From positions 1 to 64,000 of the forward strand of contig CAVXTH010000002.1 in NCBI GenBank assembly GCA_963764625.1: DNA of 64,000 bases. The letters run 5' to 3'. Each line of letters opens with the position of its first letter. Positions within the stretch are counted from its first letter, which is position 1. The notes beneath the pieces are model-generated. The model ran no database searches, was not told the DNA's origin, and saw nothing but the letters and a program-made list of their open reading frames with translations. The DNA comes from Candidatus Krumholzibacteriota bacterium (lineage in GTDB: Bacteria; Krumholzibacteriota; Krumholzibacteriia; JAJRXK01). A program made the translations under genes and the position numbers. Positions 1 to 9,720 of this stretch are shown here, one piece after another.

Positions 1-112
1 GGGGTTTCAGCGCAAAGGGAAGAAACAATGCACTTGCCCTGGTTCAGTAGACACTTCCCAGCTTACAATTGAGCCTGGACTAGAGGAGGGGGCGCTGAAA
101 TCGAGAGGATAG

Positions 113-526
113 CTACGTCGGACGCTGAATGGAAACTCGGGTCCCAGCCTGTACCCAGTCCAGAGCTTCGTTCCGGGTCCGGAAGACTCGCATCTCAAAT
201 TCTCTATAACCACTCAGTTCCACCATCATTTCCCACGCGCGTACCAGACCGTACTGGAGATCATTGGCAACGACGTGAGCGCACTTCCTTTTCCCGATGA
301 AATCCTTGAGGGAGACGGTGACGTTGCTCAGGGTCCGCACTTCATCCATGGTAATCGTGCCGGCATTCAATTGCGAATGATCGACGATGATATTGGCGGA
401 GCGCTTTTCACCGCACAATTCAGCGATATGTCGCACCATCGCCACCAACTCTTCCAGGTCGGCAATTCCATCCGTCGTTGCATCGATGGTACCGACGCTC
501 GAATTGTACTCGTATTTGCACGTCAT
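113..526 (-). CDS. hypothetical protein, STAS/SpoIIAA-like
   Basis: ATG at 526 with GGAGG upstream. IIVDHS, CAHVV, YGLVRAWE and VFRTRNEALDWV resemble SpoIIAA-like proteins. Confidence 0.6.
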   Translation of the reverse strand: MTCKYEYNSSVGTIDATTDGIADLEELVAMVRHIAELCGEKRSANIIVDHSQLNAGTITMDEVRTLSNVTVSLKDFIGKRKCAHVVANDLQYGLVRAWEMMVELSGYREFEMRVFRTRNEALDWVQAGTRVSIQRPT

Positions 527-810
527 GATTCCTCCAGTCTGACGGCCCACCCAGGCCGGACGAACGGGGACGTTCGCGTGCCAGGGACTCCGAAAGCCGG
601 GCCTTGGTCCGTCCGTGGGGGAAAGAGACGTGTCCGGACAGACCTTGGGACCACCGATGAGGGGAGAATTGGCGGTCATTCTACCACATTCCCGACGGGG
701 CCGGGGGAAGTCGGATAAGACCACCTCCACCCTCGACCCAAGGGGGCCTGACGGGATACCCGCCGGGGCTTTAGGGGGCTTTTCCCTACCCCAAAGGACC
801 CTCAGTGGTC

Positions 811-840
811 TTGACCTTGAGTAATCAGATGCTGTACCAT
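811..840 (+). promoter_or_regulatory. putative sigma70 promoter
   Basis: TTGACC-N18-TACCAT upstream of 898. A similar element lies at 3312-3340. Confidence 0.45.
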
Positions 841-897
841 CGTGATGGTATGGCTCCAGAGAGGTGGAGTATTCAGAAATTAAGGAGAACGAAACAT

Positions 898-1569
898 ATG
901 AAGAAGCTAATGATTCTCGCCGCGGTTCTTGGCATCCTCGCCATGGCTTCCATGTCGTTTGCCCAGAACATCGGTATCACCTTTGATGAGGCCGGTACGC
1001 AGACCACTCTTGATGGCCGTACGGGTCTCCTCCCAAACCCGGCCTTGGGGAATCTGCCGTCGGCGTTCGTGTACGTGATCGCCTACGACATTCCCGAGGT
1101 CTTCGGGTACGAGTACTTCATCAGTTCGACTGATGCTACCGCAATCGCCGGCACTCCTGTCTTCTACCCCACCGCGACTAGTGCCAATTTCGGGGTCGGC
1201 GGTGACGTACGTGTGGGTACGGGTGTGTGCTTCGGTGCGGGTAGCGCCGATGCTGGTCCGGTTGCGACCCAGATCCGTCTAGCCAAGCACGTGTTCTCTT
1301 TCTTCGCCACCCCCGCCGACGATATCATCTATACGATCGGCCCCTCGACGGGAGCAGGTGGGACGGCCCCGCATTACACCGAGTGTGTCAGCAGTCCTAC
1401 GCCGCTGGACTTCGGTCTCGCGAACCACTCCCTCAACCTCGGTTGCGCGCCTGATGGTGCCGCGGTCGTCATTCTGCAGTGGACCGCCCAAAACACTCCT
1501 GCGCGCTGCGATCCTCAGGTCGTAGGTTCGAAGGAGACGAGCTGGGGTGCTCTGAAGTCCGGCTTCTAA
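898..1569 (+). CDS. secreted Cys-containing protein with C-terminal SWGALK motif (paralog 1)
   Basis: TAAGGAG RBS, Sec signal MKKLMILAAVLG...SFA, ends TSWGALKSGF. Clearly homologous to three downstream ORFs. Confidence 0.9.
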   Translation: MKKLMILAAVLGILAMASMSFAQNIGITFDEAGTQTTLDGRTGLLPNPALGNLPSAFVYVIAYDIPEVFGYEYFISSTDATAIAGTPVFYPTATSANFGVGGDVRVGTGVCFGAGSADAGPVATQIRLAKHVFSFFATPADDIIYTIGPSTGAGGTAPHYTECVSSPTPLDFGLANHSLNLGCAPDGAAVVILQWTAQNTPARCDPQVVGSKETSWGALKSGF

Positions 1570-1606
1570 GCCAGGATTGGAACGAATCCTCCTCCTGGAG
1601 GATGAC

Positions 1607-1641
1607 AACGCGGCTCCGAGGAATCGGAGCCGCGTTTCTTT
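1607..1641 (+). terminator. rho-independent terminator
   Basis: Perfect stem AACGCGGCTCCGA-GGAA-TCGGAGCCGCGTT followed by TCTTT. Confidence 0.8.
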
Positions 1642-1685
1642 ATGGCGTCTGGCCACGGTTCCGCAGGACGAGAGGTGGGCGTTCT

Positions 1686-2297
1686 CTACGAAATCCGCTT
1701 CAGGCGGTAGACGCGGGGATCGACCTTGCGTAGCGGTCGCGGGAGTCCGGAGACGTCGAACGGAGACTCTTGGACAACGTTCCAACGCGGGAATGCCTCT
1801 TCGAGCTCTTCACGGCTCATGCCCCGGGGAAGGGGGCCCCTGCGTCCCGGAGACCAGGCGAGGAAAAGCAAAGTGGCGTCGTGAGCGGCAACTGCATCCA
1901 CCTCGCGGCCCACCGCCAGGCGCTGGTCACGAGTCAGTCCATGAACGGTACCGAAGTCCCACACCAGTTCGAATCCAGGTTCCAGTCCGAGACCACGGAG
2001 GGCGGTGATGTCGCCCTGGATGACCTGTGCCTCTACCTTGGCTTCCCGAACGCGCTTCTCCGCTGCTTTAGCCGCCTTGGTGACGAGCTCCACTCCAGTG
2101 ACAGACCACCCCCGACGCGCCAGTGACACCGTCCAATGCCCCCGACCACACCCCAGATCGAGCGCGCGACCGTAGGGTGGTTGCCGCTCGCTCTCCTCTC
2201 GATCGAACAGGGCCACGATGTGTTGAAGCGCCGCGGGATGGGTCGCCGCGTTTTCCCATGGGGTGATCCCAAACCGATAGGCCAATTCATAGAACAT
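1686..2297 (-). CDS. class I SAM-dependent methyltransferase (TPMT-like)
   Basis: ALDLGCGRG motif I, TPWE, VTGVE. Confidence 0.85.
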   Translation of the reverse strand: MFYELAYRFGITPWENAATHPAALQHIVALFDREESERQPPYGRALDLGCGRGHWTVSLARRGWSVTGVELVTKAAKAAEKRVREAKVEAQVIQGDITALRGLGLEPGFELVWDFGTVHGLTRDQRLAVGREVDAVAAHDATLLFLAWSPGRRGPLPRGMSREELEEAFPRWNVVQESPFDVSGLPRPLRKVDPRVYRLKRIS

Positions 2298-2311
2298 GAT
2301 CGGAATCCTTC

Positions 2312-3256
2312 CTATACTCGATCGACAGTGTGCACCCGCTCGGATCTCTCGGCGGATGGACACTCCTGAATCTCGATGGAAACGTGCACCAATCCCAGAG
2401 TATCGGGAATACGGGACTTGTACTCGGCTGGAGTCGCTGGATTGTGCGCTACCACGGAAATGAGTGCCGAGAAGATCTCAGGACCGATCGACCATACGTG
2501 GAGATCAGTGACCCGTGTGTCCTGGTCCGCTTCGAGTGCGTGCTTGACGGCTTGAGCGAGATTCTCCGGAGCCTGCCGGTCGAGCAAAACGGAGGCCGTC
2601 GTGCCGAGTAAGCCGAATGACCAGCGCGCCACGAGGATCGAGCCCACGATGCCCATGATCGGATCCATCCAGACGAAGCCGAAGTATTTGGCGGCCAACA
2701 GGGCCACGATGGCGGTGATCGAGGTCAGGGCATCCGCCAGAACGTGGAGATACGCGGATTTCAAATTGTGATCGTGGTCATGGTACGCATCGGAAACGGC
2801 TCCGGCACCGAGAATCAGAGCGGAGATTCCGTTTACCGCCAATCCCGCAACCGCGACGAGAATCGCTTGGTCGAAGACAATGTGAATGGGATGGAGCAAT
2901 CGCCCGATGCTCTCGATCGCCATGAAGAGAGCGAAGACGGCCAAGAGTACCGCCCCGGTGAAACCGCCCAACGCATTGACTTTTCCCGTCCCGAAGCTGA
3001 ATCGTCGGTTCCCGGCGTTACGCCGTGCGTAAAGGTAGGCAACGGCAGTGATACTCAGCGCGACCGCGTGGGATGCCATGTGCAGACCATCGGCGAGCAG
3101 AGCCATCGATCCGTATCGAAGGCCGGCGACGATCTCGATTAGCATCATGGCCGCGGTGATTGCGATCACGATCCGCGTACGGGATTCTCCTGGTTTGCGT
3201 CGGTCCTGCGCAAAAACGTGATCGTGGCGCCAGTGCTCCAGTTCATGGTCGTGCAT
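2312..3256 (-). CDS. dmeF: CDF family Co(II)/Ni(II) efflux transporter
   Basis: SMALLADGLHMASH, His-rich loop, NLKSAYLHVLADALTS, DLHVW. Confidence 0.85.
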   Translation of the reverse strand: MHDHELEHWRHDHVFAQDRRKPGESRTRIVIAITAAMMLIEIVAGLRYGSMALLADGLHMASHAVALSITAVAYLYARRNAGNRRFSFGTGKVNALGGFTGAVLLAVFALFMAIESIGRLLHPIHIVFDQAILVAVAGLAVNGISALILGAGAVSDAYHDHDHNLKSAYLHVLADALTSITAIVALLAAKYFGFVWMDPIMGIVGSILVARWSFGLLGTTASVLLDRQAPENLAQAVKHALEADQDTRVTDLHVWSIGPEIFSALISVVAHNPATPAEYKSRIPDTLGLVHVSIEIQECPSAERSERVHTVDRV

Positions 3257-3311
3257 GGTCCTCTAGGGTTACAAAATCCGGCTTTGAGCGCAACCGCAGA
3301 ATGCGGGATTC

Positions 3312-3340
3312 TTGACGCCTTCCGGTGGATCCTGTACGCT
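3312..3340 (+). promoter_or_regulatory. putative sigma70 promoter
   Basis: TTGACG-N17-TACGCT upstream of paralogs 2-4. Confidence 0.45.
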
Positions 3341-3374
3341 CATCCTCGAATGGCTCCTGAAAACGAGCTTCGTC

Positions 3375-4052
3375 ATGAAGAAGCCAGCGGTTCTCCCCCT
3401 CGCCCTGAGCGTTCTGCTTCTCGCCACCGTATCGTCCGCCCAGAAGGTCGGTATCTACTTTACCGAGAGCGGAACTCGTTACGTGATTGATGGTCGCTCC
3501 GAACTTGTATCCAATCCCGATCTAGGAAATCTGCCGTCGACGGTGGTGTATGTGATCGCCTTCGACATTCCCGAACTCTTCGGCTACGAGTACAACCTGA
3601 CTTCGTCGGACACGACCGCAATCGCTTCGACACCTGTCATCTATCCTTCGACGGGCTCGGATTTCAGCAGCGAACCGGGTGATGTCCGTGTGAACACTGG
3701 CATGTGCTTTCACGCTGGGGACGCCGAAGCCGGTTCCGTGTCAACTCAGATTCGACTCGCAAAACATACATACAGCTGGGTCAGCCTTCCCACGGTTGAC
3801 GTGTGGTTCTGCATCAGGCCTTCGATAGGATCTGGCGCCACCACCCCGCAATATACTGCGTGCGTCGAAAATCCGGTTCCTCTCTCATGCGGGGTTGCGC
3901 CCGATTATTTCGACAGTTGCCAGCCTGATGGCTGCATCGGTGTCTACTTCGAGTGGCAGGCGGATGGAGTGACCCTGACCCACTGCCTTCCGGGCCTCCT
4001 GAAAACACCCTCTCGATCGACGAGCTGGGGCGCATTGAAGGCGGCGTACTGA
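3375..4052 (+). CDS. secreted SWGALK-motif protein (paralog 2)
   Basis: Signal peptide, shared GNLPS, PELFGYEY, GDVRV and IRLAKH blocks, ends TSWGALKAAY. Confidence 0.9.
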   Translation: MKKPAVLPLALSVLLLATVSSAQKVGIYFTESGTRYVIDGRSELVSNPDLGNLPSTVVYVIAFDIPELFGYEYNLTSSDTTAIASTPVIYPSTGSDFSSEPGDVRVNTGMCFHAGDAEAGSVSTQIRLAKHTYSWVSLPTVDVWFCIRPSIGSGATTPQYTACVENPVPLSCGVAPDYFDSCQPDGCIGVYFEWQADGVTLTHCLPGLLKTPSRSTSWGALKAAY

Positions 4053-4095
4053 GAATTCTCGTCGGAGGCGGATGCCCTCTGGAAAGGAGCTCGGC

Positions 4096-4767
4096 ATGAA
4101 AAACCTAACGGTCCCTCTTTCGATCCTGAGTATTCTCACTTTCGCCTCAGCGTCGTTTGCCCAAAACATCGGCTTGACCTTCGATGAGGCCGGCACCAAG
4201 CCATGCATCGATGGCCACACTGAACTCGTCCCGAACCCGCAGTTCGGGGATCTTCCGTCCGCCGCGGTCTACGTCGGTGCTTGGGGCCTCCCCGAGCTGT
4301 TTGGGTATGAATACAAGATCACCTGGAATGAAGCCTCAGCCATCGCCGGGACGCCCGTCTTCTATCCCTCGACCAGTGCGAACTTCGGAACCAACGGCGA
4401 CGTGCGGGTGGGAACGGGGATGTGTTTCCACGTTGGGGATGCCGAAGCGGGTCCGGATCCGAGCCATATCCGTTTGGCGAAGCATACCTTCACCTGGGTC
4501 ACTCTTCCCGCCGTAAACGTCCTCTACTGCATTGGACCCTCGGCAGCATCTGGTGCCGCGGCACCGCAGTACACCGAGTGCGTGCAGACTCCCGTTCCCT
4601 TGCCTTTCGGGGTCTATAACCTCTACGGACCATACACTCTCTATCTTCCCGATGGGTGCATTTTCGTTCTCTTCGAGTCGGCAGGGAATAACTACTCGCC
4701 CGCAAATTGTGACGAAGTCGTCGCGGCCAAGGGCCGGAGCTGGGGCGCGCTGAAGGCGGCCTATTGA
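4096..4767 (+). CDS. secreted SWGALK-motif protein (paralog 3)
   Basis: AAGGAG RBS, signal peptide, same conserved blocks, ends RSWGALKAAY. Confidence 0.9.
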   Translation: MKNLTVPLSILSILTFASASFAQNIGLTFDEAGTKPCIDGHTELVPNPQFGDLPSAAVYVGAWGLPELFGYEYKITWNEASAIAGTPVFYPSTSANFGTNGDVRVGTGMCFHVGDAEAGPDPSHIRLAKHTFTWVTLPAVNVLYCIGPSAASGAAAPQYTECVQTPVPLPFGVYNLYGPYTLYLPDGCIFVLFESAGNNYSPANCDEVVAAKGRSWGALKAAY

Positions 4768-4827
4768 GAGGGCCGTCAGTGGGAATTCACCGCCGATCGA
4801 AACTTACCGCAGAAGGGACCACCTGCA

Positions 4828-5526
4828 ATGAAGACAAGGACCATGATCTTCGGAGCTCTTCTTCTCTTGTGTATGGTCGCTGCGAAGGTTTCCGCGCAGA
4901 CCATCACCCTAAGCTTCAATGAGGAAATTATCGTTCATCACCTGGATGGCCGGTCAGGGCTCATACCCAATCCGGACTTTGGAAATCTACCTTCGGCGTA
5001 TGTGTACGTGATTGCCTACGACCTTCCCGAGCTCTTCGGGTACGAGTACAAGATCACCTCGACAGACTTTTCGGCTCTCAACGGCGGAGAGACCTTTTAC
5101 CCCTCGACTTCTGCGAACTTTGGCACCAACGGTGACGTGCGAGTGGGTACTGGTGTCTGCTTTCACGCCGGTGATGCCCAGGCAGGCCCAGTTCCGACGT
5201 ACATCCGTCTGGCCGAGCACATCTTCACCTGGTTCGTCCCTCCCCCCGTAGATGCCCTGTATTGCCTCGAACCTTCGGTGGGATCTGGGTCCAGTGCCCC
5301 ACAGTACACCGAATGCGTAGACACTCCCGTGCCGCTGCCCTTTGGTCTCAGCGGTGAACCCTGCGACGACTTTGGCAGCATTTTACTCAAGGATGACACA
5401 AACAGCGGCTGGCTCGGATGCGTTGCCGTTCTCTTCCAATGGGAGCCAGACGGAACACCTGCCCACTGCCCATTCTCCATTGCCGCACAGTCGACGAGCT
5501 GGGGCGCGCTGAAGGCGGCGTACTAG
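4828..5526 (+). CDS. secreted SWGALK-motif protein (paralog 4)
   Basis: Signal peptide, same conserved blocks, ends TSWGALKAAY. Confidence 0.9.
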   Translation: MKTRTMIFGALLLLCMVAAKVSAQTITLSFNEEIIVHHLDGRSGLIPNPDFGNLPSAYVYVIAYDLPELFGYEYKITSTDFSALNGGETFYPSTSANFGTNGDVRVGTGVCFHAGDAQAGPVPTYIRLAEHIFTWFVPPPVDALYCLEPSVGSGSSAPQYTECVDTPVPLPFGLSGEPCDDFGSILLKDDTNSGWLGCVAVLFQWEPDGTPAHCPFSIAAQSTSWGALKAAY

Positions 5527-6053
5527 GTGTTCTTCGGAGGAAAATACATCTCGGGCGTGAGTTCGTAGACCCAGATCTCCTCGCCCTGGGAATCGGTGGT
5601 CTTCTGGGCAAATTTGCCACCGATCTTCTCGACGGCCTTCTGCGACCGAATGTTCCTGGGACCGATACGGAAGATGACCCGCTTTACCGAATGAAAGGCG
5701 TGCTGGAGCATGAGCTGCTTCATCTCACCGTTGGTTCGGCCGCCCCAGTAGTCGCGCCCCAGGAAGGTCCATCCGATCTCCACCACACTCTGCTGTGGAT
5801 CGTAGCCGTGGAAGCGGGAGGAACCGATGATCTCACCCGTGGCTCGATCCACAGCCACCAGCGCTCCGCCCGACTCGAGGGCCTTGGAGAAGAACCGCCG
5901 GAACACCGCCTCCTGGTAGCGGTCACTCTCGGGATGCTGCTCCCAGATGAGCGGATCGGAAGCCACGGCAAATAAGCCAGGGAAATCGTCGGTACGGAGA
6001 GGCCGTAGCTCGAGGAGCTGTCCGACAAGATAGGGCTGACGATCGAGAGTCAT
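5523..6053 (-). CDS. GNAT family N-acetyltransferase (RimJ/RimL-like)
   Basis: VEIGWTFL, YWGG, NIRSQKAVEKIG. Confidence 0.85.
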   Translation of the reverse strand: MTLDRQPYLVGQLLELRPLRTDDFPGLFAVASDPLIWEQHPESDRYQEAVFRRFFSKALESGGALVAVDRATGEIIGSSRFHGYDPQQSVVEIGWTFLGRDYWGGRTNGEMKQLMLQHAFHSVKRVIFRIGPRNIRSQKAVEKIGGKFAQKTTDSQGEEIWVYELTPEMYFPPKNT

Positions 6054-6061
6054 GGGTTCTC

Positions 6062-7592
6062 CTAGTCGTAGTGTTTGAGGCGCGGCCAGAGACCGGTAGC
6101 AGAGACCTTCAGGCCACGCGCCACCCACAGGGTCTGGTTGCTCTCGTCGGGCATGCAATCTTTACAGACGAATCGCCCACCCTCCTCCACGCCCACAAAG
6201 AGAGTCTCCAGATCCGAGCGCTTGCCTCCGACGACGATGAGAACCTGGCCATCCCACTCGCCCGGACCCCACTGCCAGTAGCTGTTGTGATCGCAGATCA
6301 CCGGTGGTAGATCGAATTCGGACCGGAAGAAATCGATCGCGCCGGCATCCCCATAGTTCGAGGCAAAGACGTAGGCATGGCTTTGCTCGGGGGCTGGCAG
6401 AGTGTGATAGATCTTCGCCACCGATCCGGCCAGTTCACGCCAACCGTGCATGTCGGCGAAGAACTGAGGCAGCCGACCAAGTTCGTGCTGCTCATCCGAT
6501 CCTGGCGCCACGCCCAGAGCCGAGGCATAGCGCACGTAGTTGTCCTCCGAGAGCAGAGGTTTCGCGAGCGGCGCCAGGGCCAGACCCGAGAGTGCAATCA
6601 GCGCAAGGCTGGCCGGTTGCAACCATCTCCAGGGGCGTCCTCTCGCTGCGCGCTCCACCATTACGGCTCCTGCCGCCAAAAGCATCGGATAGATAGGCGT
6701 GAGGTAGTAGGGCTTGGCATGCCGCAGCACCATCACCACGAAGACCACGAGATAGGCGAACCCGAGGGTCCGGTAGGGCTTCGCCGCCTTTACAAAGAGC
6801 AGATACAGAAGTCCCCCGAGCCACAACGGCAGCGCGATGGGGTTCATGATCAGTACCTGCCGGGCAAAGAATTGCCCGGGCGAGAGGGCCACGTTCTTGT
6901 GTTCGGTCGCATTGCGGATGAACTCGAGCGTCGGCCACCCATGCGTCACTTGCCACAGAATGTGGGGCAGGAAGAGAAGCACCGCGATCCCGAGACCGAA
7001 CCAGAGATTGCGCTCTTTGAGCTGTCTCCATTCCCGGGCCGCCACCAGACCCACCGCGATTCCAAAGCCCAGGAAGAGCACACTCAGCTTGTTCTCGAGC
7101 CCGATGCCCGCGACGAGCCCGAAGACGAGCCACAGCTTTGGATCGCGGCTCTTGAAGATCAGGATCACGATCCAACAGAGGGCGGTCCACACCAGCAGGT
7201 CGAAGGCATTCATCGAGAAGATCGACAGCATGCCCAGGTATTCCGGGGTTAAGGCCACCGAGAGGCCGGCCAGGAACTGCGCGAACCGTCCCCCCTCGAG
7301 CTGGCGTACGATCATGGCGCTCAAGAGAACCGTGGCTCCAGCGATTAGCGCGGGCAACAGGCGCAGAGCGTAAAGGGAAGTGCCCAGCGTATGGCGAATG
7401 AGCCATGCAGCGAGAGCCACCAGAGGCGGTTGATCCACGTATCCCCACGCGAGGTGCTTGGAGCACGCAATGTAGTAGAGTTCATCACGGAAGATCCCGT
7501 AGCCTTTGGCAGTGATGATGTGGATCAGCGTGAGTCACCACCGCGAGGATCACGGTTTCGCGGCTGACGCGCAGGGACTTTCCGGGATTCAT
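6062..7592 (-). CDS. glycosyltransferase family 39 / ArnT-like membrane protein (frameshift near 7535)
   Basis: The frame upstream of the listed ORF reads GYGIFRDELYYIACSKHLAWGYVDQPPL, followed by many TM helices. The ATG at 7592 is in another frame. Paralog at 32920. Confidence 0.8.
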
Positions 7593-7621
7593 CTCCGGCC
7601 CCGTCGCCGAGCCATCTGAGA

Positions 7622-8026
7622 TCATTGCCTCAACTCCTCGGCCGACCCGGTGGGTGGCTCCCACAACTCCACGCGATTCCCATCGGGATCCATCACCCAG
7701 CCGAACTTGCCGAACTCCGACTCTTCGGTCTTTTCGTCGACCTCGCAACCTTCGGCCCTCAAGGCCTCCAGGAGCGCATGCAAATCCTCAACCTGATAGT
7801 TGATCATGAACCGTGCTTCACTTGGCGCGAAGTAGGGAGAGGACTCTTCGAAGACGCTCCAAACCGTTGCACCATCGGGATTCGGGTTCTCCGGGGTGCT
7901 CCATTGGAACTTCATCCCGCCCCAATCCTGGATGTCCATGCCCAGGTGCGTCTTGTACCAGGTCTTGAGCGCCTCCGGGTTCTTGGACTTGATGAAGACA
8001 CCGCCGATACCCGTTACGCGTTTCAT
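7622..8026 (-). CDS. VOC family (glyoxalase/bleomycin resistance) protein
   Basis: RVTGIGGVF, FMINYQV, GKFGWVMDPDGNRVELWEP. Confidence 0.9.
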   Translation of the reverse strand: MKRVTGIGGVFIKSKNPEALKTWYKTHLGMDIQDWGGMKFQWSTPENPNPDGATVWSVFEESSPYFAPSEARFMINYQVEDLHALLEALRAEGCEVDEKTEESEFGKFGWVMDPDGNRVELWEPPTGSAEELRQ

Positions 8027-8083
8027 GAAATCCTCCGATCATCCAGACAAATTCTTCATTGAGAGTAGAGCCCGGTCGACTCT

Positions 8084-9688
8084 TCAGTCGAGAGCACATT
8101 TCGTACATCGAATGTCTTCGACCGGCTTGCCGTCGATAAGCTTTTCTACCCAGTCCTTCAAGAAGACGCCGTTGGCTTGATACCGATAGAAGGCATCGGT
8201 TGGGAGAAGGCCGTGGTTGGTGCCTTCGACGATGAAGCTCCGAAACGCAGGGATGTTCTTCTGAACGTCCGCCAGAATCGTATAGGTGGAATCCCTCCAC
8301 CCCGGGGATCCTGAAACCAGGTAGAATGCGCCTTGGACCGCGTCCTGATCACTGAAGATCTCGGCGAGACGAACTCGATCTCCTGCGGCGGCGACTTGAC
8401 GATAAGCCTCGCGCAGTGGGTGCTGCCGCGCGCTTTTCCCCGCTTCCTCTTGCCAGATTTTCTGCAGGACCCTATCCGCACCCCAGGTGTGGAGAACCGA
8501 AGGGGTGTCCTTGAGAAGCGGAACCCCAGAATCTCCCAACATGACGATCTTGGCCTTCGGGAATTGTCGCTCGATCACAGGAGCGTAGAAGAGGGCGCCG
8601 TAGGAGCCAGCGCTCGTTCCCGCCACCACAACTTCGCCGGGATGCAGGTCCTGCCGGGCCATCCAAGCGAAAACCGCTTCAACATTCGTGAAGCCACGGT
8701 GGGCAATGGGGCGCGAGGACGGATCATCGCCGTAGTGCTGCTTGGCATCACCCACGAAGACATCGCCCGTGCAGTAAGGAACGAACACGATTTCGAAATC
8801 CTGAAAAGGATTCTCGGGATTCGTTGCATCGAAGATCCCGCCATACTCGGACAGTTCGTCGTCTTGTACGGTGGAATCAAACAATCCCGAGCAACTCACC
8901 CAATCCCAGCAGGCGCCGCCACCCTCGAAGTAAATGAGAAGCCGCGACGGATCGGCCCCATTCCGATGAAAGAAGCTGTACGGAGTTCCCAGCGCACAGT
9001 ACGTCTCTCCCTTCGTGGCAATGCGCTCCCAGCCGCCGGGTATCCCTGGGGAATCGCTTGTAGTGTGGGGACCCGCTGCCACTTTCATCGGGAGCAACAA
9101 GAAGCAGAGCAATGCACAGGTGAGCACGCGCTCGATCCGTCGGTCGGGAATGAGCCACAAGAGGGCGACGAGAGTGTAGATGCTCATCGCCGTCCACGGA
9201 CGCCACAGGGCCAGAGGGATCGCAATCGCATAGAGAATCGGCGACACTTTGCCCTTCCAGTCGTTGCCGATGGCTCGCTTGAGTAGGGAGTCTTCTCCCT
9301 GCGAGGCGATGATGGCCTGCTGGAGGAGAAAGTAGGAAATGGCCGCCATCAATAGAATCACGCCGTACAAGGTGGCCGGAACCGACTGAAAGCGGTTCTC
9401 CCCCATCCACCCGGTGGCAAAGGGTATCAACGACAACCAGAACAGAAGATGGAGGTTCGCCCAGAGAATGGGTGCGGTGACCCTCTTGCAGGTGTGAATC
9501 ATGTGATGGTGGTTGTTCCAGTAGATGCCGAGGTAGACGAAGCTCAAGACGTAGCTGAGAAAGACCGGAATCATCGGCCGCAGCGCGCCGAGATCCGCTC
9601 GGTGGGGGACCTTCATCTCCAACACCATGATGGTGATGATGATGGCAATCATGCCATCGCTGAACGCTTCTAGCCGGTTCTTGCCCAT
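8084..9688 (-). CDS. TMEM175 (DUF1211) K+ channel fused to a pectin-acetylesterase-family hydrolase
   Basis: N-terminal RLEAFSDG and YWNNHH. C-terminal LLIYFEGGGACW, VPYCTGD, GTSAGSYG and DSG. Confidence 0.8.
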   Translation of the reverse strand: MGKNRLEAFSDGMIAIIITIMVLEMKVPHRADLGALRPMIPVFLSYVLSFVYLGIYWNNHHHMIHTCKRVTAPILWANLHLLFWLSLIPFATGWMGENRFQSVPATLYGVILLMAAISYFLLQQAIIASQGEDSLLKRAIGNDWKGKVSPILYAIAIPLALWRPWTAMSIYTLVALLWLIPDRRIERVLTCALLCFLLLPMKVAAGPHTTSDSPGIPGGWERIATKGETYCALGTPYSFFHRNGADPSRLLIYFEGGGACWDWVSCSGLFDSTVQDDELSEYGGIFDATNPENPFQDFEIVFVPYCTGDVFVGDAKQHYGDDPSSRPIAHRGFTNVEAVFAWMARQDLHPGEVVVAGTSAGSYGALFYAPVIERQFPKAKIVMLGDSGVPLLKDTPSVLHTWGADRVLQKIWQEEAGKSARQHPLREAYRQVAAAGDRVRLAEIFSDQDAVQGAFYLVSGSPGWRDSTYTILADVQKNIPAFRSFIVEGTNHGLLPTDAFYRYQANGVFLKDWVEKLIDGKPVEDIRCTKCALD

Positions 9689-9720
9689 TTCTCTCCTTTC
9701 TGGGTGTCGGGGGGACCGCA

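Noticed and set aside
898-5526. Diversity-generating retroelement or phase-variable cassette behind the paralog variation
   Set aside because: No reverse transcriptase or invertase is nearby, there is no near-identical template repeat, and the differences include indels rather than adenine-specific changes.
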